A stretch of DNA of 63,242 nt, the filler included, from Octopus bimaculoides (taxonomy: Eukaryota): assembly GCF_001194135.2 (NCBI RefSeq). It is 4 parts of 4 records of this genome, joined end to end, with 100 filler letters (N's around TTAATTAATTAA, not from the genome) between each part and the next. Parts side by side here need not be neighbours in the genome. Positions count along the whole stretch, not along the records: positions 30,065 to 53,075 come from NC_068986.1; positions 53,176 to 63,242 come from NW_026363630.1; 2 more parts are not named here. One strand, written 5' to 3'. A model generated the notes under the pieces. That model saw only the letters and a list, made by a program, of their open reading frames with translations, did no database searches and was not told the DNA's origin. The translations under genes were made by a program, and so were the position numbers. This document shows, one piece after another, positions 50,718 to 63,242 of the stretch. The number at the start of each line of letters is the position of its first letter. Within the stretch, counting starts at the first letter, position 1.

Positions 50718-52226
50718 CGTACGTACGTACGTACGTATGTATGTATGTATGTATGTATGTATGTATCTATCCATTTGTCTGTCTGNNNNNNNNNNNNNNN
50801 NNNNNNNNNNNNNNNNNNNNNNNNNNNNNNNNNNNNNNNNNNNNNNNNNNNNNNNNNNNNNNNNNNNNNNNNNNNNNNNNNNNNNNNNNNNNNNNNNNNN
50901 NNNNNNNNNNNNNNNNNNNNNNNNNNNNNNNNNNNNNNNNNNNNNNNNNNNNNNNNNNNNNNNNNNNNNNNNNNNNNNNNNNNNNNNNNNNNNNNNNNNN
51001 NNNNNNNNNNNNNNNNNNNNNNNNNNNNNNNNNNNNNNNNNNNNNNNNNNNNNNNNNNNNNNNNNNNNNNNNNNNNNNNNNNNNNNNNNNNNNNNNNNNN
51101 NNNNNNNNNNNNNNNNNNNNNNNNNNNNNNNNNNNNNNNNNNNNNNNNNNNNNNNNNNNNNNNNNNNNNNNNNNNNNNNNNNNNNNNNNNNNNNNNNNNN
51201 NNNNNNNNNNNNNNNNNNNNNNNNNNNNNNNNNNNNNNNNNACACACACACACACACACACACTCACACACGCATGCATACACATATTCACACACACAGA
51301 ATACACACACACACACACACACACAAAATACATACAATACACACACAATACAATCACAAAATAATACAATACATACACAATACAAATCCACAATACAAAC
51401 ACACAATACATACAATACATACAATACACACACAATACAAACACAATACATACACACACACATGCAATACACACACATTGTTGATATTACCGTTTCTGTT
51501 ACTTCAGTTGCTACCATATACGTAGACGATGTTGTTTTTGTTGTTTTGTCCTATAGCAGATGGACGGACGTAAACCTCGGCCGGCAGCGAAGTCTAAGTT
51601 TATCTAAGTGAGATATTTAATCACTGAAAGTGCACAACGACTCAACATGTAGCCGGTGCTATGATTTTTTAATTATTTTTTTGCCTATGTGAATTAACCA
51701 GACGCAAAGAAGGGACTTGAAGTATACCGCTCATCACCATGATGATGATGATCATCATAGTCATCATCATCATCATCATCACCATCACCATGATCATGAT
51801 CATCGTCGTCGTCATCATCGTTGTCATCATCATCATCGTCATCGTCGTCGTCATCGTCGTCGCCGTCGTCGTCTGCCGAGTATTTCAATTTCTTTTTTTT
51901 TTTTTTTTTACTGTTGATGAAAATAACAGCAGAAGGAAATGCCAACGATGTGTATTTGTTTAGGGTAGATCTCACTTTGCCAAAGCATTACTCATAATCC
52001 ATTGTCTGGGGCTCATATTTAGCGACACATGCACAATGAGACGAACAGTATAAGGTGATGAAATTGCAACGGAGTATCAATGACTACTTGCAATCTTGGG
52101 TGGCATGGGTTCTAGCAAGTCTATCCTACATTGCCCCCCTCCACCGGTTCAAACGTTATTCAGATCAGGCAATGTTACGGTCTGCATCGTCTTGTCTCAC
52201 CGATAGGGGTTAGAGTTACGGTTAGG

Positions 52227-52720
52227 GTCATTGAGACTTTTTCAACTGTAAGTATGGAAAACAATTGAATTTTAGAAAAATTAAAAGAGAAGTTTTTTAA
52301 AAGAATATTTGCATAATGTTCAAATACAAGGGGCATTTTCCTTGTTTCTGCCTCTCTCTGTGTCTCTTGTTTACTCTTGTGGGTTCGAGGTCGAACATAT
52401 GTAAAAGACAACATGGCGACTATATTCCTTCGATGGGAGACTGTTTATTATTCTTCTTTCTACACATGTTTTCTATTAATCCAAAGTTTATGTCGCTTGA
52501 TTAGAATGACTTTTTTTGTTCCGCCTATACTTCCTCACTCTCTCACTCTCTCTTTCACACTCTCTCCCACTCTCTCTTGCTCTGAGACAGAGACAAGCAG
52601 AAACAAGGAAAATGCCCCTCGTATTTGAATACTATGCAAATATTCTTTAAAAAACTTTTCTTTTAATTTTTCCAAAATTCAATTGTTTTCCATACTTACA
52701 GTTGAAAAAGTCTCAATGAC
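52227..52720. repeat. MITE-like inverted repeat (about 140-bp arms, about 220-bp spacer)
   Basis: 52227-52366 is the reverse complement of 52584-52720 at roughly 90% identity. Confidence 0.8.
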
Positions 52721-53075
52721 TGAAACTTGTACTGAAATGTTTAGCATTTTCTACCTTGACTTTTTTCCATATATATATCAACTCATGTGTTCCTTTTCAA
52801 ACTTGTACATATATATATATATATTAACTTATGTATATATTAATATTATCTCGGTTGAAAAAACTTCGATAATGTAAATATGTTAATAGTTACCAGGGTA
52901 GCAAAAATCACACGAAAACTGGGATATCATACCTGGTTAATAGGTAGAAATACCAAGTTAAAGTGATGTATTTTGAGTAGATATGAAGAATAATAATAAA
53001 TGGAGCAAAACGCATATAGGAACTTATTGATTATATGCGTTTTGCTCCATTTATTATTATTCTTCATATATATAT

Positions 53076-53175
53076 NNNNNNNNNNNNNNNNNNNNNNNNN
53101 NNNNNNNNNNNNNNNNNNNTTAATTAATTAANNNNNNNNNNNNNNNNNNNNNNNNNNNNNNNNNNNNNNNNNNNN
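53076..53175. other. Artificial assembly spacer 44N-TTAATTAATTAA-44N
   Basis: Same layout as 14437-14536. Confidence 0.92.
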
Positions 53176-53279
53176 TATATATATACATATATAAACATAT
53201 ATACATATATATATATACATACATACATTTGTGTGTCTGTGTGTGTTTAAGATCCTATCTAAACTCTCAGCTCTCACAA

Positions 53280-55390
53280 AAAAACTCGAAGAATTTCAGA
53301 AATATACCAAAGATATTTGAGCGACAGGAGTGAATATCCAACAAACGGAGATTGCCTTGACTCTTAAACCAACTATTATCATAATAGAGATAGCAATACC
53401 TCAGAACTCGCAACAAAACTCAAATCCGAACCATGAAACCAATACCGATCTAGAAAGAGAAACATACTCCATCAAATACAACTTAAACCATATCTGGAAT
53501 GAGAACATCACAAACAGCAGAATTGCATTTTCGAATTTGTTAAAGAATAATTTCAAAGTAGACATTTGTAGAAATTGATGATTGTATGCAACCTCAATTA
53601 TTCTTCGGAGAAAGATTCATATAAAACCTATCAAAAAGAAACTGGAAGAACAAAGAAAACATGAAAGAAAAAATGACTGTGGAAAAAATAACAGCGGAAA
53701 TGCAACTATTGCGATCCAGTACCATTGAACAATAAGCCAAATCTGTTGAGAAAGATATGGAAATGGAAATTCGGAAAAACCGAATGTGTTCTGTTCGAAA
53801 GCAGTTAAACTCTGGAGAGAACAATATTTAATAAAAAGCTAACATCACTTTGACGTTGGGAAAACAACGCTATTTAGTTTAACTAATACGAAAGTTAATT
53901 TCAACACGAAAATAATGCTAATCTATTTCTAAAAAAATTAAAACACCAGCTTTTTTACAAACGACTAAACAAACATCAAAAATTAAGAATTTTACCCACT
54001 AAAGATTCGAAAGCAATAGCACCAATTCCAGGTTCTCCAGACAACAAAACATACCCACTAAAAGATTCTCAACTCCATCTCCACCAAAACGGAACACCTT
54101 CCAAAACCGGATATTCCAATATACGAAAGGAAATTGATTATGGCAAGAGAAACTATTCCAGACCTGAACAGTTTATATTCAGATATACAAAAAATAAAAA
54201 AAAAGTATTCCAGAAAACCAGAAAGAAATGGACTAAATCAATACAAACTCAGGAACAAAATCAAAGAACAAACGTCATAAACCATTTTTCAGGCCCAGAA
54301 GTAAGATTTCAGGACACCAGTGGTAGAAGACAAAAGTAAAAAAAATATCTAAAAATTATACATTCTTCTAACATTATACATTCAAATGAACAAATCCAAA
54401 TCTTTTTGGAAGGTCTAAAATTTACCATGACATTACAGTATTCGAACCATAATAACATTATATTCAGTTCGCAATAGAATTCAATCAAAACTAACTACTC
54501 TTCTTAGACATTTTGGTTATAAAGAATGAACAGGAACACAGAACCTGACATCCACTTCAAACCAACGAACTCTAAACAGTAGCTACTTCATGCCACCCAA
54601 AACATATCAAATCCAGTATTCCATTTAACTTGGCTAAAAGAATCTGAATAATTGTCTCTAATCTGGAAATTCAGAATAAAAGACTACTTGAATTAAAACA
54701 GCCACTACTTAAAAAGCCAGTACACTTCTCACTTTTGTAGTGATGGAATAGAACGCGCCAAAGCAATAAATTTGACGAATTACGAAAGGCCAAAAACAGT
54801 TCAGATACCCTCAAAACCTAGCCTTCAATTACAACACACCATCCTAGAAACGTAGAAACATCCAGTATTATCCTTCAGAAGAAACTATTATTGCATTAAG
54901 ACCAAAGAATGAGAAAAAGCACTCGAATCATCCAAAATAATCAAATGCAAAAGTCAACCGAAATCTTTAAAAAAGAAAAACATACTTATCAACACGAAAC
55001 TTTCAACTGCGGCCAATCTAATTGTAGGACTTGTGTCAACCTTATCGAGGTCACAACATATAAATTCAAATCGGAACATGTTTTTATTGTAAAAGTCACT
55101 TTACTTGTTCTTCATAAAATTTACTATATGCCATCAAATGCAACGAATGCAGCGTTTACAATGGACAAACTAAACACACTTTCACAATCGCACTAAAAAT
55201 TCATTATCAACAAATATGAGATCCCAGGACTAGACAAATCTTACTAAGTGGACATTTGGATATATGCACGGAAACCAAATCTCTCCCTATTTTATAAATG
55301 TGTAGACAATACCACAGATCAAACAAGATTAAATAAGGAAAACTTCATTTATCAAAAATACATGTCACGGCTAAACATCCATAAAAGTAT
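53280..55390 (+). mobile_element. Degenerate Penelope-like element (RT thumb plus GIY-YIG endonuclease)
   Basis: F.IE.NQ..L.FLDILV, DIHFKPTNSKQ, HPKHIKSSIPFNLAKRI, then C...NCRTC and I.CN.C...NGQT GIY-YIG pattern; many lesions. Confidence 0.8.
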
Positions 55391-56640
55391 CAGAAGCAAA
55401 CAATTTACTTTTGCTATAAACCAATAATTGTAGATTATTATTACTCCACATCTTGTTATCTTAACCATCACCTTGTTAACAAATAAGGAATATGTTTTAA
55501 CATGTTTAATAGGAGAGAACTAGCACAATTGATAGTATTGCTATTTATATTATATATTACATTTATTATATTTTATTACATTATATTTATTATAATATAC
55601 TATACTACGTTTACTACATTATATTACACCACATTATATTTATTATATTACATTTAAAAACTATTAGTTAATTAGATATTTTTCGACAGAATAATAAGCT
55701 ATAACTATCAATAACACTTTTATGTAAACAATTACTTAAAAAAAAAAATCATAATCAAGTTTCTGTCTTTATTACATCCGTCGTAAAATGAGTGAGAAAA
55801 CACAGTAAAATTAATATCACTTACTCATATCTCTCTTTTGTAACTGTCATATGACATAAGCACATGTACTTTACCAATTAATTTGCATGTTAATGAAAGA
55901 GCTCTGCATCGCGTTCTTTTCTTAAAAACAAACAACTCATAACAATGACCAGAAAAGGAACAATTTGCGACAGAGCTCTCTATACATCATACACTTTTGA
56001 GAATCAAATGTGAAATCAATCATGTGTATCATATATTTTAAAATCTAAATAAATCTTAATACTTTCTCTGCGTATTTTCAGCCGCTTTCCTTCCGTACTA
56101 CCAGCTGTTTGGATTAATAACGATATATATATATATATATATAAAATCATAAACACACTCACATATACAGATACAGAATATAGTATCGGATAACATATCT
56201 AATATGAACTAAGAGTATATTTAACCAACTGAAATTAATGTAAATAAAGATCTTGCATAAGATAAAAGTAACTTCTCAGTATGTGTCTCCATTTTATTTT
56301 TCAATTAGTTTAACTTTCAGAATTATCTCAAAAATTATCATTAACATTAATAATTTTTCTTCTCATAACGGTTATCGTTTCAATTGCTATATATANNNNN
56401 NNNNNNNNNNNNNNNNNNNNNNNNNNNNNNNNNNNNNNNNNNNNNNNNNNNNNNNNNNNNNNNNNNNNNNNNNNNNNNNNNNNNNNNNNNNNNNNNNNNN
56501 NNNNNNNNNATATATATGAGAGATTCTGTCTGTCTTTTTGTCGCACAAAGTGAAACTAAAACCAAACACCATCTCTATGATTTTCTTTCTTCTCTATCTG
56601 TCTATTTTCCCTTGCTTTCTTTCTCTCTCTCTCTTCCTTT

Positions 56641-57390
56641 CTCGGTGAAGGGAGACTTTCAATTGACGAAGAACAGTTTCTTACGCTCAATCCAATATGT
56701 AATTCAACTCATTCCGTCGGTGATTTGGTGGATGAAATCTTTCCTAGTCTTCTTCATAATTACAACAATACAGATTGGATATGTGAGCGAGCTATCCTGG
56801 CTCCAAAAAATGTTTCAGTATACAGCATTAATAATATGCTTTTGAATAAGCTTTCGGGAGAAATATTCACTTAAAACCCAATTGACAGTGTTGTTGATGA
56901 TAGGGATAGTGTTAACTATCTCATCGAATTTTTGAACTCACTAGAACCACCAGGTACAGCTCCTCATTGTCTTCAGTTGAAAAAAGGGACTCCTATTATG
57001 CTATTGCGTAATTTGTCTCAACCAAAATTATGCAATTGTGCAAGATTATTTCTGCACAAACCTATGGGGAACAGCATTGAGGCAAATATTCTCATTGGTT
57101 GTGGTAAAGGTGACATCGTCTTAATTCCTCGCAAACCAGTTATACTATTTAATGTCCCATTCTAATTTAAAGGGTTACAGTTTCCTATCCGAGTTTCTTT
57201 TGCCATGAGCACTAATAAAAATCAGAGCCAAACACTAAAAGTTGCTGGATTGCGACTTCAAGAATTATGCTTTTCATATGGCCATCTTTATGTAGGAGCA
57301 TCACGTGTGTGAGTAAAAGCAAATCTTTTTGCTTATGCACCCCGAAATAAAACAAAAACATTGTTTATAAAGAAATATTCATTCTTAATA
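56641..57390 (+). mobile_element. Helitron RepHel PIF1-helicase C-terminal fragment
   Basis: One frame with three in-frame stops: [85 protein letters not shown]. Confidence 0.9.
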
Positions 57391-58299
57391 CATTAATACT
57401 TCAATAACCTAATCTCCCATTACTACCATTACATTCAAGAATGACTAAATTACCTATGTCGATGAACTGTATTATATAATTGTCATTACTGTATTGATAA
57501 ATATAATAAAAAATAAAATTCACCATTGTCATATAATAAACAAACAGAAGTTCATGTATGAAGTGTGTCCTTGTTTGTGTATGTGCGTGTGTCTATGCGT
57601 GTGTGTGTCATAGTTTTTAGCATCAGTGTGGCCATTCCCCTCAACCCCATCCTCTCACCCCTTTGTGCTGCTGCTTTCCTAAGACACCCCCCAAATATAT
57701 GGTACGGTTCCTATATTGCCCTGTGTACTTGTGTACGCCCACGGTGTTTCCATCGTGGTAGTTGTTGTTGTTATTGCCATCGTTGTTACGGCCGCTTCTG
57801 CTGTCGTTGTTAATTGTGTTGTTGACATTGTTACGGCCGTCCACGAAATTTCTTGTGTGTGTATTGGTTCACTTTCTACGTTGTATATATCCATGCCCTT
57901 GATATAGTTTCATTTATTTATTTTATCTATCTCTGTCTTATATTTATTACAGGTATGCGACAAATATAGTTATTTTTATTTATTTATTTTTATATATATT
58001 TACTTATTATTATCATTTTTATACATCTATCTCTATTTCTCATAAGTATCACAGGTAAGTGCATATATGTCTATTGTGTGTGTATTGCCCTGTATGTTTC
58101 TGTGTATTATTTACGATTTTCTTACATCTCGCTTCTCATCCCTTCTGTCATTAGTCATGTGGTGTGGTGGTGGGTGTTACTGTCCATTCGTGTTTTCTAT
58201 TGAGTCTCGGTCTGTCTACTTTTATGGGTGTAGCCTCTGTGATCTATCTAAGTGTCGTGTAGGTTCTATGTATCGATAGTACTTTAACCTCTATGCTAT

Positions 58300-58560
58300 T
58301 AATCGAGCTTCCATGTTCTGCCTCAGCAGGTTACCAGAGCACTGACGAGCTTTTCCCTTCTTTGAGCTCTCGCCAATGTTCACCTATGGACTCTCCTATG
58401 CTGCGTTCAGTCTCTCCTATATAGGTAGTTGTCGTCTTTCTGCACCGTCCCTCAGTACACCGTAAGCTATACACTACATTCCCAACCTTACAGTTTACCT
58501 GTGGGTTCATCCGATATAAAACATAATTGTACTCCGTACAGGGGGGACTTATCAAAGGGA
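58300..58560 (-). mobile_element. Penelope-like GIY-YIG endonuclease fragment
   Basis: CKVGNVVYSLRC..GRC....TYIGETERSIGESIGEH (VY...YIGET..H motif). Confidence 0.8.
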
Positions 58561-58866
58561 TAAGTATTGCAGATCAGGGATTTTAAAGGGGCACCAGACC
58601 TATCTACTACTTTAATTCGTAGATTAGCCTTGCTTAATGTTTTTCTAAAAATATGCGCTATTTCGTTTTATATATATATTAAAAGACATGTTAGGATCCA
58701 CAATGAGCAGAACTTACTTGCAGGTATTGGTAGTGCAAATCAGAGGTGCAATCTGTGTGGGTGTTTTTCAAAACACTGTCTGGTTTAAAAAGCCAATTCA
58801 GACGCCATGAAAGGGCTAAGGTATAGGTGCAGGAGGTGGTCAAACTCTGTGTAAGGAGTAGACAAC

Positions 58867-58894
<28 letters not shown>

Positions 58895-58900
<6 letters not shown>

Positions 58901-59966
58901 GGGACAAGAACGCAAAACATCCAGACAGACGATACAAAGAAAACAAGGACGGGTCATTCGGAGTTTTCTTTCCTCAGTCGTGTTCCAGATTATCTTTGCA
59001 ATTTCGGCTGGTTATACTCGGTATTGCTCCAATCTGGCCAGCCCCAAGGAAAAACTAAGCTAAGAGCATTAGATTCCTTGGAGGAAAGCAGTGAATGTAT
59101 ACGAAAATAAGGACAGAAAAAAAGGAGAAATGGTGCACAAATATAAATAAAGGACATTAACAACGGGTGTCTTTCAAATAAGGACGAATTAAATTAAGCT
59201 GTCTAAAAATATACTAAAAATATATTAAAAATACATTAAAAATATATAGATATAATATATATTAAAATTATATTAAAACTGTACAAAAATATATAGTCAC
59301 TAAATTTTAAAAAAACGATATTAAAATACGAAATTAAAATATAACATTGCAAATCCAAAAGCTTTGTATCTCGCTTAAAATCTAGGTATATAAAAATAAA
59401 TCCATTTGGAAGTATAACATTCAGGGGTTCACATCCGATGGCCGTTTTGGGGGAAATAATGGTGCAAAAATGAACTTAGATTCACTCCATACCACTGCAT
59501 CCTTCATCAAGGATGATTCAATTTGTACGATTACATTTATTATGAGTTATGGTGGGATCCGTTTCTGGCAACTTTTATAAAGATATTAAAATCACTGCTA
59601 AGAAGAAGCTATTAATAATATTAGAGATGATAGGTTGAAGATGGTCTAAACCAAATTTTGTATTTCATATCTACTGGAATTACTATTTTATTGTGTGGGG
59701 TTAACTATATGTTGAAGGGTCGAATAGTCTACGAGAAACGATGGCAGCCGAATTAGGGAGTTATGCATACGGAGAATAGTCAGGAATTCCCTAATACAAA
59801 GATTACATTTACGCGTGTGTGAATTATAAAGGGAAGTTTCTGTTACTATCGACCAGGATAATTCATATTGTATGTTCTGCATTTTAAGATTGTGAATACG
59901 TGTAGCTAAAGAAGTAGAGAATCTGGTTCTAGTGTTAATAAAAAAATTCATATGTGCCCGATATCT

Positions 59967-59970
<4 letters not shown>
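58895..59970 (-). mobile_element. Penelope-like 3' end: endonuclease C-terminus and probable pseudo-LTR
   Basis: STSLATRIHNLKMQNIQYELSWSIVTETSLYNSHTRKCNLCIREFLTIL at 59690-59970 matches the PLE W(S)I...C.LC..E terminus; ends at a (TA)n tract. Confidence 0.65.
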
Positions 59971-60012
<42 letters not shown>

Positions 60013-60036
60013 ATATATAACACACACACATATATG

Positions 60037-60130
<94 letters not shown>

Positions 60131-60662
60131 ATATACATATTGATGTGTGCTTATTTGTATAAATGCATGTATGTTTGCGCTTGTTACTTCTTGTTGAACT
60201 TGTGTGCAGAATACTAGGTAGAAAGTTAATGATTTACCAGTAAATGTTACCATATATGTGTATTGAGAGGAATGTCGTTCAATATCTACATTTATTGAAA
60301 CCTAGGTGGTGCATTGAACACTTGTCTAAAACGAAACAGACAATTATGAGCTTCATCCTTTGGCAAACGAGATTATATGAATATAGTTTAAGAATTGCAG
60401 AATATTAAAATTTTTATATTGACAAATTATATTGACGTGTGTTAAGGGGTAGGGGTTAAACTATACGTCGTATAAACTCATATGTATGATAAATCATCAT
60501 TTTTGGTGTATCGTATCAATCATATCAAATTTAATTCATTAACACTCTCCATGTAAAAGTTTTTTGCTTAATTTCTGCTTCATTTCTTTTTTGTACTTTT
60601 ATAACTCCACCCCCGTTCATGATGTTACATGTAGTCAACTATTTTGTAATATATTATCGCAG

Positions 60663-60708
60663 AATGGTGATGTGTCCTATGGCGTCCCAGGAATAAATAA
60701 CTGCAGTG
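60663..60708 (+). CDS. Integrin alpha subunit, internal exon (beta-propeller, GAP-like motif)
   Basis: Acceptor tcgcag, donor gtatgt. NGDVSYGVPGINNCS(G); phase 1 out joins the next exon. Confidence 0.7.
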
Positions 60709-61050
60709 GTATGTAAAATGATATAGATATTTTCTCCATATTCTTATGTAAGCATTTTCTTCGTTTTAACAATCAATACCGTTAAGGGATCTTTGTAGCT
60801 GTAGTGCCATCTATAACTTTGAATATCACGTTTTAAATACTGGAAACAGAACGAAATCAAGTAATTTCTAGTTAAATGAGGTGTATTAATTACTCATTTT
60901 GTTTTTATAATTTTTAACTGTAAGCTGTTTTTATAAGTTTAACAGTAAGCAGCAGTTTGGTATGGGAAAATATAGACTGAAAATAATTACTAACTAATAC
61001 AAAAATTATATATTGCAAACTCATTTAGCTGAATGTTCTTTTATATCAAG

Positions 61051-61131
61051 GTTTAATTTTCGTGGACAAATTATCAACGGGGACTAAAGAAAATGTTACA
61101 ATAAATTCAAAAGTTACTCCCAGTTATTTGG
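61051..61131 (+). CDS. Integrin alpha subunit, internal exon
   Basis: Acceptor tatcaag, donor gtaagt. (G)LIFVDKLSTGTKENVTINSKVTPSYL(G) ends in the integrin SYLG motif. Confidence 0.8.
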
Positions 61132-61187
61132 GTAAGTTTGACAACCATCTATTTATCTATCCGTCAATTCCTTCCTTCCTTCCTTCC

Positions 61188-61219
<32 letters not shown>

Positions 61220-62034
61220 CATCCATCCATCCATCCATCCATCCCTCCATGCTCACTCGCTTGCTTGCTTGCTTGCAAACAACGATCAAAAACGCACACA
61301 ACCACTCACAGAATCCATTTCGCTCCACAGTTCAGGCTTAATAGTTCCTTACTTTCATATATATAATTAATCAACATTTCGATATTTTTACAGAGTTGTG
61401 GAATTGCCATAAAAATATGGTTGGAAAACGAGTTCGATATATTTACACATTTTAAAAAGCTTTAGTTTTCTTTTATTTCCTCCATTGTAAATTCTATAAA
61501 ACTTTTCAAAAGCCGGACACATCCTTTAGATTTTTATTCTATTTTTTTATGTCACAAAGACACCGATCTGGTAGAATTGTTAGCATGCCGGACAAAATAT
61601 TTAGCGGTTGTTCGTTATTCTTTACACTCTGAGGCCAAATTCTGTCGCGGTCGACTTTGCTTTTCATCCCTTTCAGTCCTAGTCGACCAGTCCTCAGAAT
61701 TGCCGTCCTTGTCCTCAAATAGAAAGGATAATTTTTTTATGCCACAGAGAATGTCATCAGTTTCCTAGTGCTCATTTACTTAATTGTAACTAGCTGAAGT
61801 GAGCTCATTTATGGAATATTACAGTACAATACTTGGGACGAAATACGAAACCACAACTAATGATTTGTGACAGCTTTATCGTATTATTTGTACCACATTA
61901 AACTAATCAGCATCACTCTGATCTGGATGGAGATTTTGAAAGAAAACGCTTTCCTTAAATAACAAAGACCAACGAAAAATACCATTATATTCTGTTTTTG
62001 TTTTTATCTGATATCGTACTTCAAACTGTTTTAG

Positions 62035-62120
62035 GTTTTTCCATTTATTCTGGAAAATTCACAACAAGCAAAACTGAATTTCTTATAGGCGGTGCGCCTA
62101 AATACAACGACACAGGGCGT
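62035..62120 (+). CDS. Integrin alpha subunit, internal exon (FG-GAP repeat)
   Basis: Acceptor tgttttag, donor gtgagt. (G)FSIYSGKFTTSKTEFLIGGAPKYNDTGR; with the previous exon it gives SYLGFSIYSGKF...GGAP...GR, the canonical integrin alpha repeat. Confidence 0.85.
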
Positions 62121-62942
62121 GTGAGTATACTTGAATGCATTTTCTAAGAGATTACCAATCATCATATATCGTAGTTATTGAGTAATTATTAATCCATGAT
62201 ACAATATTAACAGATAAATATATATAGGTAAGGCAATGTTTTCGAAGCTTGTTTTATATTGCATAATGCTAGGTAATATATTGTTATACAGTATGTTGCT
62301 AATGACTTGTAAGTTTAATGAAAGGTTAAATTCACAAAGTGATGTATCATGTATAAATCCAATAATATTCACTCAGAAGATTTTAACATATACAATGACC
62401 ATTCAGAATATCATACATTGTATATTGTATCTATTCAGATGTACTGAATACAATCAGAGAACAGTGTTCAAATGAGACAAAAACAATAACATGTTGGGCT
62501 AAATGCCTTTCAGTATTTAATTCCTATTAGATTCTTATCTCAGATCCCATAGAGTGGATTTAGCCCTTCAGCCCTCCAAAGTCGATGGAATAATTTAGGC
62601 CAATGGTCTGGAATGATAAAATCGATTATATTCCTATCCTACAAAATTTTTCTCGTGTCTAAGAAACCATATAATAAACTGTATACATCATAAGTTAAAA
62701 CTATAAAACAATTATTTTAAATAGTCAAAACTATAAAGCAGGTAATGTAAATAGTCAAATCAAAACATATTAAAAAAAGCTCTTAATTTTATTTTCTCAT
62801 TTCTTTATTACATTAAATAAACTAACACTGTTTAATATGACCAAACTGCAGGTGGATTAATATGACCACGTTGCAGGTAGAAGTAAAATTGTAAAATTAT
62901 TTTGTACGTTAAAATATACTGAAAATAATTAATTTCTTTTAG

Positions 62943-62996
62943 GTTGACATTTTTAATGAACAGTATATTTCCATCTGGAATGAAATCGGTTCTCAG
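62943..62996 (+). CDS. Integrin alpha subunit, internal exon
   Basis: Acceptor tttcttttag, donor gtgagt. VDIFNEQYISIWNEIGSQ, phase 0/0, fits the GxVxIF...GxQ segment preceding the next FG motif. Confidence 0.78.
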
Positions 62997-63242
62997 GTGA
63001 GTTAAAGTTGTAGATAGAAATGAATAATTCATAAATATATGACTTGATGCTTATAATCTTTGATATTAAATGAGAAAACGTGATTCATTGATCGTGCGAT
63101 GTCTCTGTTTCTTATAATGTTTCTTTAAGATAATGTCGCGTTTGATGAATGGGCATTTGTGCGCTATTGACTTCTTTAGCGCAGGTCCTTGCACAATACT
63201 CTCACGTCACTTAGAAACACTCCAGTCGGATTGAATGCTTAA

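Noticed and set aside
62833-62880. 22-bp imperfect tandem duplication (ttaatatgacca..tgcaggt) as a micro-exon
   Set aside because: Not needed to keep the integrin frame; flanking exons already join in phase 0.
63130-63240. IMSRLMNGHLCAIDFF as the next integrin exon
   Set aside because: Lacks the expected xGxYFG after GSQ, has no DxNxDG loop and runs into a stop; LCAID similarity is probably chance.

Overview
AT-rich, gap-ridden eukaryotic scaffold, very probably octopus (inferred from tRNA-headed SINE families and extreme microsatellite density, not from a database match). Three host genes can be assembled by hand from splice sites, although the ORF track shows them only as fragments. (1) FAM136A, minus strand: exons 1-2; exon 2 is split by an assembly duplication and exon 3 was not found. 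(2) DYNC2I2/WDR34, plus strand: exons 1-3, head-to-head with FAM136A (522 bp between the ATGs), with an RFX X-box-like site and ETS-like sites between them; later exons were not found. (3) Four in-phase internal exons of an integrin alpha beta-propeller at 60.7-63.0 kb. The rest is decayed mobile DNA (two mariners, a Tigger-like fragment, RTE, R4/Dong-like and CRE-like non-LTR fragments, several Penelope-like elements, a Helitron PIF1-helicase fragment, at least three SINE families) plus microsatellites. The most unusual structures are a ~4.1 kb foldback-like element (modular inverted arms around a CpG-rich 56-bp tandem array), a near-perfect 430-bp hairpin in FAM136A intron 1, several smaller palindromes, and degenerate minimal hammerhead-ribozyme motifs in Penelope-type terminal repeats. 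Three 100-bp gaps carry an artificial TTAATTAATTAA linker. Both divergent genes lose their 3' exons beyond such linkers, so scaffold order there is suspect. All identities quoted are by-eye estimates.
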